Assembly: GCA_001662655.1 (NCBI GenBank)
Contig: KV460262.1
Strand: one strand, 5' to 3'
Origin: Pseudogymnoascus verrucosus
Taxonomy: Eukaryota
DNA length: 64,000 nucleotides
This document shows, piece after piece, positions 1-9,939 of this stretch. The notes under the pieces were generated by a model. The model did not search any database, was not told where the DNA came from, and was given only the letters and a program-made list of their open reading frames with translations. The position numbers and the translations under genes are program-made. Each line of letters starts with the position of its first letter. Position 1 is the first letter of the stretch.

Positions 1-928
1 GCTGCGTCGGCAGAAAACGACGGCTCGCCCTTTCCTTTATAATCTTCTGGTAGGTATTTCTAATTTCATCGTTAGTGATCCTATCTGGCATGCACATTAA
101 AAGTTAAGTGGACTTACTACTCCATCCCATCTTTTATAGGCCCCACCAGGCGCGTCAGAGTCCCTCATTAAGTCATCACCCTCGGTGTAGTCCATGACCT
201 GCCCAGATTCGAGTCGTCCCCCAGGAGGCACAATGCCGACCCCATACAACGGAACATGCCTGCGAAGCGCATCTTCGATGTTCTCCTGGGGAGTAGCTTT
301 CAATGCCTCTGCATTTGATGAACGAACTGCATCGATAGGACTCTGATACTTGCTCGTATTCCTTGCGAGGAGAGTGGCATCGTAAGGTCCTTCGTGATGA
401 TAGAGCTGGTCCATGGAAGCATCCAAGCTATCGATAAGGTCTGCTCGAGGGAGATGCTTTTTCTTCAGATGTGGCGCTTGGCTGGCCAACTTATTCTGTT
501 TCCTAATCACATCAAGAGGTCGGTGGGACACATCTCCAGGGTACCTCTGGCTCAGAGAACCATGGCGTTGTCTTGGAGGTCCCCTCGGGAGTGGTTTGTC
601 GTTGAGAGCCTGACCTCCCTGGGCTTGCTGGCCGACGTCGATTAGGGGTTGCTGAGGTTGGGGATCACGGAATGGGTTTCTCGATGATAACTTGGACTGA
701 GATGACCTCGTCGAGGCCGGAGGGGTTGGCGTGAGTTTCTTGTCCAACGTGGACCCAAAGTGAGTCCCCGGGCCTGTGAGCTGGCTGGGCTCTGGAGCCG
801 TGAGAGGGTCAAGGAGATACTTCGACGCCTGGAACAGTCACTGTCAGCGATCATTGCAAGCAAAACTACCATATGCACGCACCGAAGGGGAAGCTTACCC
901 AGTCTTTATCTTCAGATGTGCTACCCAT
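1..928 (-). CDS. PAL1: Pal1 family cell-morphology/endocytosis protein; 3' end runs off the window
   Basis: ATG at 928 (MGSTSEDKDW), GTAAGC intron, then ASKYLLDPLTAPEPSQ joining ORF 97..747. That ORF has the Pal1 motif HHEGPYDATLLARN...PIDAVRSSNAEALKATP. A further intron lies near 60-117. Confidence 0.85.
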
Positions 929-1706
929 GTCTGTAGCTCTCTTGAGAGTAGAAGCTAGCCGGAGTGCTGAATTCAATATGTGATGTCGTAGACGATTTGA
1001 GTAGAGCTGCCTATTTCAATGCCCAATATCCGATGCCTGATGGCGTCTCTCACACGGGTTTATTGGGTTGGTAACAGCTCTTTTGTAGAGACAGTGAATG
1101 GATATTCTAGTTGAATCGAGATGGCGGAGTCAGAGAGATTATGGAGTAGAAATTAGACTTTTTAGGAGTGTCTATACAATATGATATATGGGTGAGAATG
1201 GGATGGAACGGCGGGGGGGTGTGACGAAGTATTTAGTTGGGAGAGGAGGTAAAAAAGATGTATCCGGCCCTGGCTGGACACTGTCACCGATCCGATTTCC
1301 CAGCCATGTAGATGTACTTACACTATCTAAGCTAGACAGGTATATGTTTGGTGTTGGGCATTGCAGGATGGTACTTTCCACTTCTAACAATATGAAGTCA
1401 CTCCTGATGTCATATCTCAGTTTCCGGGCCTTGGCCAAGATGTTGGCAAGACACGCGTCCGGCACCCAGTTGATTCTTTCCTGCTATTTATATCCACACC
1501 CCCACCAACGGCCGCAGTGCCTAACGTACACACCCCCACCAAAAACCTGAGGACGTAATTGATGACTAATCATCAAAGGGTTCTTATCGCAGACGTCACT
1601 GCCCCTAACGGATCCTTATCGCGATGAAGCTTACTGTTTTTGGACAGCTCCCAAAGGCCGAGACATTCGCCAAATAAGTAGGGATATCAGAATGAACCAT
1701 CACTAA

Positions 1707-2856
1707 ATGGCTCTCGTCGACTATAACTCCTCCAGCGACGATGAAGAGCTTCAAGATGGAGAAGATAGTTCCGCAGCTAAAAAGGAGGGAAACCCAACAG
1801 CAGCAGCCCCCTCGACAAACACTCCAGGCACCCTCAATCCTCCACGAAATACCCTAAAACGGAAACACGAAGCTGCGCCGCCCTCCCCCCTCCCCCCCTT
1901 ACCCTCCCGCTTCCTCGACCTCTACGCCTCCAACTCCCGCGCCAGCGCCCGCGACGACCCCTCCCTCCACGGCGGGCGCAAACGCACTACGCCGCATATC
2001 CAAGGCAACTGGCCAACCCACCTCTATATCGAGTGTAAACCACCCCTCCCATTCCCGCTATGAGAAACCCGAGTTCTGACATGCACAGGGTATCCGAATC
2101 CTACCGAGCACGAACTTCTCACATCGCTCGTTGATTCGTTCCGCGATCAGTCACGGTATGGGCCTGAATACGAGCGGGATCTGGACGTCCAGTCCCTTCT
2201 CACTAGTGGTCTCGGCTCCCCTCTCCCGCTGCATATCAGTTTATCCCGACCTATTGGGTTTAGCACAGCCACAAAAGACGCGTTTCTCACTTCTATCCAA
2301 ACAGCTATCTCAAATAGTGATATCCATCCGTGAGCTCCCCCCTGCTTTTGTGCACCACTTGATCACATGACTGACTACCTGCAGCTTCCCTATCACATTC
2401 AATGGCTGCGATTGGGCCTCTAATTACGAGGGAACGCGCTGGTTTCTGGCTCTACGAGTTGCAAAACCGCTAGAAGATAATCTAAATAAGCTACTACGAG
2501 TATGCAACGACACAGTCCAGTCACATGGCCAGTCTCCCCTCTATGCTTCCGCCCGGCCTCCTGACCCTGATACCCCGGCGCAAAACAAACTTCCACCACG
2601 ACCACCATCAAACTCACCTTCCCCGCAAAAAGACCTCTCATCCTCCTTCCACATCAGCATAGCATGGGCCCTCACCGCCCCGTCAAAGACATCAGATACC
2701 CCGAAATACCCCAGTGCCTCTGAAATCGAGAAACTGAATTCCGCGTCCATGCCAATCGTGGCTTCCGTGATCAAAGCTAAGATCGGGAATGTGGTGACGA
2801 GCATACCCCTTTCCGTAGAGCGGGAGGAAAGGAGAAAAGGACTTTTTGGGGTTTGA
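1707..2856 (+). CDS. USB1: U6 snRNA 3' phosphodiesterase (Usb1/Mpn1), 3 exons
   Basis: MALVDY..., DDPSLHGGRKR...GNWPTHLYIEW, and two 2H-phosphodiesterase motifs (LHISL, FHISI) recovered by splicing introns at about 2035-2088 and 2329-2384. Stop TGA 2854-2856. Confidence 0.92.
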
Positions 2857-2904
2857 ATAGAGTAAATAGACCTTAATATGAAATTATACTTCCAAGAATC
2901 CAAC

Positions 2905-3183
2905 CTACTGCTCCTGACCTTCTTTGTGAACCTTACTCCTGACTGCTCCCATAGATGAGGCGTGCACGTACTTGCCTTGGAGAACATATAAGCTACTCCT
3001 TACATATACATTGATTCGGTCACAAGTGCAACAGCTGGTATCCGGGTTCGCAATTTTCCTACCTATGTGAAGAGAGCATTGGACGATGGCCACAATCACC
3101 CACAAAGGACTTCTGATGTGGTGTCCTATCCCTGGGTGAAGCTGCCCATTGTGAGCCGCTGGGGCATTATTCATGCGGTATAA
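2905..3183 (+). pseudogene. Decayed GIY-YIG nuclease-like gene fragment, copy A
   Basis: Reads LTFFVNL...R*GVHVLALENI*ATPYIYIDSVTSATAGIRVR...PTYVKRALDDG / frameshift / TITHKGLLMWCPIP. Stops at 2956 and 2989. Aligns by eye with copies B and C. Confidence 0.7.
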
Positions 3184-3204
3184 TCTCAAACACATGAAGG
3201 GTCT

Positions 3205-3301
3205 GCCTGGATTGCTGCTGCTTCTCGTGTAAAGGCTGCGGTGGTAGGAGCGTAGCGGTGACAGCAGCGGCAACGGCGACAGCAGTTCAGCGGCAAGAAA
3301 G
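3205..3301. repeat. Diverged ~100-bp leader repeat, unit 1 of 3
   Basis: tggattgctgctg...cgtgtaaaggc...gtggtaggagcgtagcggtgacagcagcggcaacggcgacagcagttcagcg matches the units at about 3700-3830 and 4385-4492. Confidence 0.75.
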
Positions 3302-3469
3302 CCCCCGGTAAGATATCCCCCTCTATACCGTAAACGAACGTGGAGTAATCACAGGGACTACGGCGAAGCATCTCGACCTCGACAGTACCAGCGGTCTTGA
3401 TTTTTTTCTTCCAGTGGTAATTTGTTGCACTGTGAGCCGTCAGTGCATTGTGCTCGCGGCAGGTTATAT

Positions 3470-3705
3470 CATCGCCCGAAAAGGGCTGCTCCCCTGACTT
3501 CTGATCCCGCCTTCAGCAGATATTCCAAGTCATATACCCCCATATTCCTATAGGAGACTTGATTCCTAGAGACTTTGGGTTGCTTTCGCCCGAGCAGCTC
3601 AAAAAGGCCGCTGTAGATGTCAAGGCGAAGATGGTCTCCTACCACGCTGAAAAGCACCAGCAAAGCTCTGCTCCCTCATCCAAGTTCCGCCGGCGCAGTC
3701 GGCAT
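3470..3705 (-). pseudogene. Possible N-terminal fragment of the same GIY-YIG-like family, copy D
   Basis: Follows leader unit 2 and ATG 3705. VGDHLRLDIYSGLFELLGRKQP...GVY resembles copy B (LGRH...FCDGLFEAF...APP...WGIY). The plus strand (DFGLLSPEQLKKAA) is an alternative reading. Confidence 0.4.
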
Positions 3706-3830
3706 GGATTGTTGGTGCCGCTGCTGGTGCCGCCGTTGCTGATCGTGTAATGGCCGCAATAAAGGCCGGGGTGGTAGGAGTGCGGCCGGTGACAGGAACG
3801 GCACGACAGCAACAGCTTCAGCGACGTGAA
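3700..3830. repeat. Diverged leader repeat, unit 2 of 3
   Basis: ggcatggattgttgg...gatcgtgtaa...aaaggccggggtggtaggagtgcggccggtgacaggaacggcacgacagcaacagcttcagcg. Confidence 0.75.
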
Positions 3831-3849
3831 TCATGGTATGTGCACTGGA

Positions 3850-4215
3850 ATCGGAATCGGAATCGCAGTCGGAATCAGAATTAGATACCAGACGAGTAAC
3901 CCTCTATGCCAGACTTTATACCCATTTTCTATTGTAGTTTTAACGTAACGAAGAAACGGCCCGGATTTAGAGTATTGCCCCAGTCGACGACGGACGCCAT
4001 GTAGAGAAGAGGTACCGGATCTCCCACCTAAATGAGGGACCTGGACCCTTCCTTCTCATGGAGGATGACGTATATTCCCCATTGGTCAATAGACGCTGCA
4101 GAAAGTGCTCGTGGGGAATTAGACAGTTGGAGGCGCATCACAACTCCTTAAAAGGCCTCGAAGAGGCCGTCGCAGAAGCAGAAGGAGAAGACGGAGTGGC
4201 GACCAAGGCTGTCTC
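3850..4215 (-). pseudogene. Decayed GIY-YIG nuclease-like gene, copy B
   Basis: Minus strand reads QWGIYVILHEKEGSRSLI*VG / SGTSSLHGVRRRLGQYSKSGPFLRYVKTTIENGYKVWHRG / LLVWYLI. Literal GIY at 4078-4070, a [Y>*]VG motif and a downstream Arg, with in-frame stops and frameshifts. Confidence 0.75.
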
Positions 4216-4384
4216 TTTCTCCTGTGACGGCCTTGAGAATGCCGATTATATATGTCATGGGTTCCTCCTGTCCGTGACCTCGAAATTCCTTTGTGTACGG
4301 CGGACTATGCAGTCACAGCCCCCTACGGGACGTCGTTCCTGTAAACTTCAGACTCTCGCCACGAAACTTGAGGCACCGTGACCG

Positions 4385-4506
4385 GCGTGAATTACTACTC
4401 CTGCTTCTCCTGCTCATGTAAATTCCAGAGCGGTGGCAAGACTGCAGCGACGACAACAGCGCCACGACAGCAGCAGCCCCAGCGACAAGAAACCCCCCCC
4501 CCCCCC
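4385..4506. repeat. Diverged leader repeat, unit 3 of 3, ending in a poly-C run
   Basis: ctgcttctcctgctcatgtaaattcc...cggtggcaagactgcagcgacgacaacagcgccacgacagcagcagccccagcgacaagaaa followed by C14. Confidence 0.65.
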
Positions 4507-4695
4507 TCCCTACCTGGCTAAGATACACCGCCGCCACAACCGTAATCAAGTCCCGTTACCCGACAGCCGCCGCAGGAAGGCCCTGAAAAAAGTATCTTGG
4601 AGGTGGTATGGCCCCTTGGATGGGCTCGTTAAGGCTGGCACAGAATGATAAAGAGGTAGTGGCAAGTGAAAATTGATTTAAGGGGGGGATTATAG

Positions 4696-4952
4696 TGAGG
4701 AGTGTATGTCGTACTCCTCGAAAAGATAGATGCCTGGCCCATAATCTATATTAGATCCTGTGATTCTTCTCTGAGGGGTGTTCGTTATCGCGTTGTGCAG
4801 TATTCAAAATCTAGTCTTCATTCTCTTCGTTTTGTCAAAGCCACCCTCCAAAATGAATACGAAATCCCACATAAGGGGCTACTTCTCTGCCCCCCGCGTC
4901 ATTTACATATCCATACAAGCGATGATCACTTTCCGTTTCTGGGCGATGCACT
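4696..4952 (+). pseudogene. Decayed GIY-YIG nuclease-like gene fragment, copy C
   Basis: *GVYVVLLEKIDAWPIIYIRSCDSSLRGVRYRVVQYSKSS...LRFVKATLQNEYEIPHKGLLL / RVIYISIQAMITFRFWAMH (ORFs 4702..5031 and 4778..4999). No start codon; frameshifted. Confidence 0.72.
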
Positions 4953-5779
4953 CAATCCGGATAAGGCCCAGCAGCGTGCTCGGCGTGAATTTCTCCTGAT
5001 GCTGCTGTTGCACACCCCATTCCCCCGGTAAAAGACACAGGTGTGACAGTGGATCATGCCTTAGTTGCCGCTCATACCATGACAATTTCTTTTCCAAGCA
5101 CGAACAGCTGCAGGAAGAAGGCCCCGAAAGAACTCGATCGATATTTTATGCATTTAACCACGACTAATTATCAGAGCCTCGTAGATCACACACCCCATCA
5201 CTCAGATAAAATCAGACAATCACGGAGCCTCACTCACAATAGATCGGCAAGGTAAGATATAAAAACTTGATTTCCCCTCAACACACGCCTCCTCCCTACC
5301 CCTATCCCCCATCCCCATCCCCACCAAGCCCAGCCAGTCCTATCAAATACCAAAAAAACAAGCAATAAAAAAAAAGACAAAAACGCCATCCCATGATCCA
5401 TAATTCCCACACACATGTCCGCAAAGCCAGAAAAAAAAAGCCAAAAGCCAAAGCCAAATATGTCCCGCCCGAAACCCGAAGAAAGCATCAGGAGCCGACA
5501 TATCGCATCGTAGATTTTCCATGCAAAGAAATAAAAGCTAATCCTTTGCCCTATATAGTAAAAAGTTGAGTATTGCCAGCCAAAAAAGAACAACGTATAG
5601 ATCGGCGATTCGGGGGGGAAAACGAAGTGCGAAAATTTGAACGCCGTGATTTCCCATTGCCGAACGGAATGGGGGGTATCCTCATCGATCTCAGCAGCCG
5701 TGATAACTATAAGTCCGGCGTATTATATCCCTCCTCTCCCTCTCCTCTCCTCTCTCTTCGCAAGCAATCAAACCCTTAC

Positions 5780-7775
5780 TCACGGCTCATGCTTAACCCT
5801 CTTCGCCTCCCCTCCTCCCCCCCCATCCTCGGCATCAGGACTCTTCCTCTTCCCCCCCATCCCCGCCGGCTCATGCAAAAAACTCGGTCCACTCCCCACC
5901 ACCGGCGTCGCGAAATTCAGCGGACTAGGGAGTGTATTCCCGTCTCCGCCCCTAAAATTCCACTCGGGGTAGAAACTACTCGGGCTCGGTAGGAGTTCAT
6001 TGTTCATGAATCGACTAGGGAGTGCGGACACAGGTGTCTCGATTTCATTCCCACCACCGCGACCACCGCCGCCGGGACCACCGCCGCCGCCGCCGCCTTG
6101 GTTAGGTGGATGGGGTCGCGCGAAGGGGTTTGGTGGACCGGAGGCGCCGGCGCTGAGGAGGGCGGAGGCGGAGGGGGAGGGGGGGGGGAGGACGACGCCG
6201 GAGCTGTGACTTGCGTCTGTGCCTGGCCCGCCGCGGCGGGAGGGGTGGGAACCGGTGTCGTTTGATTCGCGGGGGGAGTTGGTGGAGGCGCCTGTTGCTT
6301 CACCTCCATCCGACGGTTCATCGGGGATCTGGACAGTGAGACGGGGTCGCTTGCCGCTTAGTTGCACAGAGTTGGTGCGGGAGGGTGGACCGGTGGGGGG
6401 TGTGAATTTGTCTGAGGAGGGCGGGGGTTTGATGGAGTTTGTTGGGTGCAGGGGAGGGGATTTGATGGTGCCGTTGCGGGAGTCGAGGGAGGAGGTGGAG
6501 GTGCGGTTGGTGAGTGCGGGTTCGCTGCGGGAGGGTTCGGGGGCGGAGGTGGATGAGATCCAGTGCTGGGAGAGGATGGAGCGGGATTCGTCGATGGGGG
6601 TGAAGATGCTGCGGGATTTAACGGATGGTCGTTTTGGCTCGAGCATCTGCCCCGTGTTGTGTGACTGTTGGGGTTGCGGCGGCGGTTGGTGGTGTTGTTG
6701 GGGTGATGGATGGTGTTGCTGGGGCGGTGGAGGTGCTAGTTGATGTTGTGGCTGCTGCTGCTGCTGCTGTTGTTGTTGCTGTTGGTGCTGCTGCTGCTGC
6801 GGAGGTATTTGTCGTTGTTGCGGTTGCGGAGGAGTATTCATAGGCCCCGATTCTTGACGTTCTTGCTTTGGAAACACAGGAGGCATTGATGAGCGCCGCT
6901 GCTCTTCCATATACACCTGCTGAAGCTGGTGAGACGGTGGCGGCGGACCTTGCTGGTACTGATATGAGGGCTGCTGCTGCTGCGGCGGCGGTTGGCTATG
7001 CGGCGGCATATTCTGTCCATGCGGAGGCATGTTCTGCCCATGCTGCTGCTGTGGGTTGTACATCCCCGGCTGTGGCATATACGAGTAACCATTCATAGGC
7101 GGCGAAGGCTGAGGGCCCTGCTGCATATGCTGTTGCGCCATATTCGAGTTTACGCGATGAGGAGCATTCCGTGACGCTGGCCGGGATCCCATCTGCGGTG
7201 GCGGTTGAGGCGTGTGCTGGCGCTGTATATTCTGGAAATGCGCGCCGTTCTGTATGGGTGGTGAAGCCGAGGGAGCTTGTCGCATGTGCTGAAACGCCGC
7301 TTGGGATTGGAAATGCGGTCGCATCATGGGTCCTCCTTCTTGTGGGTGGCCTTCGTCCATGACAGAGCCCTCGTCATCCTCATCATCGTCGTCTCGTTTG
7401 CCGTTGAAGTCCGATGGACCCTTGTGCTCGTTTGCGCCGCCATACTGATTGATAATGTTAGCCACGCTCGTATTACTGATCGCGCCGTGTACGCTACTCA
7501 CAAAGTTGTGCCGTTGGAGGATCTCTCCAATATCCGAGGACGAATATTCGTATAACTTCTTGTTGTTGCCAAATATTATGACTGCGACATCGACAGAACA
7601 GAGGACGGAAAGCTCATGCGCCTTCTTGAACAGCCCTCCTTTACGCTTCAGAAACGTTCTGCAAGGGGAACATGTCAGTCAACAGCGCCAGCAGATAGAA
7701 AATCATCACCACGACGTACACTGAGCGATTTCTATCATCCTTGATAGCCTTGATTTCGATCTTGCGACGACCCAT
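5780..7775 (-). CDS. RLM1: MEF2-type MADS-box transcription factor (Rlm1/RlmA), cell-wall integrity pathway
   Basis: ATG 7775 [19 protein letters not shown] / [29 protein letters not shown]. Introns at about 7660-7719 and 7445-7501. Q/P-rich body; C-terminal [11 protein letters not shown]...[12 protein letters not shown]...[10 protein letters not shown]. Confidence 0.95.
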
Positions 7776-8607
7776 GATGAATGCGCGCCGAGTCCCCGGC
7801 TAGTCGTACTGAAGGTGTCGATAAACGGGTATCGCAGTGGTGCTGGAGCCTAGCGACGCGTCTAATTTAACTCCCTCAATCTCTATCGATCCTTCGCGCG
7901 ACCGGAAATTATATCCTACAATCCTATTCCTTCGGTCCCGAGCTCGTGTGGGTATTTCGCAGACTCGGTATATCCTCGACGCTTTGGACTGAGAGGTTGG
8001 TTTCCCAAGCTCCTCAGGCGGGTCGAGTAGAGAATTGAGCCGGTCGCAGGCCCTCTCTAGAGACACAGAGTCTCGATAATTACCAACGAGAGTCGATGGC
8101 GGGGTATTGTCGCCGCGACGATGGGTCGAGTCTATGAGGTTGTGATATACTTTTGGCGCACAGTCGGCACTTTTTGGGCTGAGCGATGATGTTGATGCTA
8201 ATAATAGAGAAGGGTTCTTGCGGCGGAGGGAGGCGGCGTGTTCTCGTGCAGTGGAAGGGTTTCTTGGGGGGTGCGTTGTGGGGGTGAGTGGGTGACCGTA
8301 GATATGAGTGACATGTCCAACACATAGTAAATTGGTAATGAGAAGAAGTACCGCTAGTTATAAAGTGTGTGAGAGTAGTGTGAGAGAGTGTGTGAGTGGT
8401 CCCTTGGTAGTCGCAGACTAAGAAATACAAGGGTACATGGTCTTAGTGCTGTCCCTGTTAAGCGCCGCTGCGGCCAATCGGTCGATACGGAGGACCTGTT
8501 CGACCTAAATGGCAAAAAGACCCAGGTACGTACTCGGTAGCCCCTCCACAATTGGTGGAGAGGAGGAGCGTGCATGGACCAACTATGTGCTATGCTGCAC
8601 CAAGCGT

Positions 8608-8617
8608 CTATAAATAG
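8608..8617. promoter_or_regulatory. Perfect MEF2/Rlm1 consensus site CTA(A/T)4TAG upstream of RLM1
   Basis: CTATAAATAG about 830 bp 5' of the RLM1 ATG. Confidence 0.5.
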
Positions 8618-9939
8618 ATAGCCGTTTGGGATAGTACAGCTCTGCCACAGAACAACTACCACGAATTCTAGAACCGGCACTTGGAAGAACGGAGTTGGAT
8701 GTTGGATACGTAGCCGTCTCTGTGATCCCATAAGAGATGAACTTCATTCAGACGTCATTCTCTCATCGACGTCAACACCAGGAGCAGTATAGTACAGTAT
8801 TACAGTATCAGCTTTGCCGTACATATCATACTGCACAAATCCGGCTCTGACCTCTCCCCTCACAATGGCTTGGCTCTCTCTCTGCCGTATACGAGCTTCA
8901 CCGTCCCTCCCGGCTTTCCCAAGCCCTGTCACCGTGAAACAGCCGAAGCAGCCCATCACACGCCCTGGCCGCATACACGAGCGACCAGCAAAACCAACAC
9001 AGAACTTGCACGCACGCAAGTAGCCCAGAGCATCTCCTCAACTAGGCCGCCTCCTATCCCGCTCGCTCGTTGCCTGCAGTAGAGTGCACATATGGACGAC
9101 GAACGAACAGTATGAGTGTAAACGAGGAGGCGCAGACGCCTGTAACCGCGGGTGTAACGCTGTCAGGCTGATTGGTGCCTCTGGACGCGGTGCCCAGGAG
9201 AGGCTGGCTGCCCAGCTTTCGTGTTGGACTCCTTCGGCCAGGTGCATAGCCCACCCACCAGCTCTGTCAATTACAGTGGTGACTTTCTTACCTTCAATCC
9301 CTCTATCGTTGACCGGTTGATGAACACTCCACACGCCCGCAGCCTCTTCCGGCTCCCCGGCACATCTGCTGTTGTTGGAGTGTTGGAAGTGTATGCATCT
9401 CCAACCTCACGAAACCACAAAGTCGAGCTCACCACATTCTGCCCCACCCGCTGCCACAACCCCATGTTTCAGCCCTGTGCACCCTGTCCCAGATGTAAAT
9501 ATCCTACCCTTCTGCGGCTCTTCACATGAGACCCTGTAGCGTTTCCCGTTTCTATTCCCGACGTCGAAACAGACTAACTCCCACGTGCTGTTCCCCCCAT
9601 CCAAAACACAACGATCACCATCGTCAAACCCCTCCCTGTGAATCCGAGGACACGGAAGGAAGGGAAAAGAACCTCCTCAATCGGACCGTTACCCCCGCCC
9701 CGGCTCGCAGCATGGAGCTGTTGTGTCATGCCTCACGTTTCTCCATCACCACATGTTTTAAGAGATGTTCAATTAAGCTTCATACAGTCAAACGCATCAT
9801 CCCATCCCGGTAATCTGCATGCTCCCCCCGCCATCCCTGATCGCACGACCTCGTGGTGGATAAGAATAGAACACACCATCCCAAAATCCACGAGCGGCAC
9901 ATGCGCATACGCTACACCAGACCAGGCACCGTACCACCT

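Noticed and set aside
3205..4506. Spaced repeats as a CRISPR-like array
   Set aside because: Eukaryotic context, repeats are long and diverged, spacing is 500-700 bp, and there are no cas genes.
6740..6800. CAG/CAA repeat tract
   Set aside because: Ordinary polyglutamine coding tract within RLM1.
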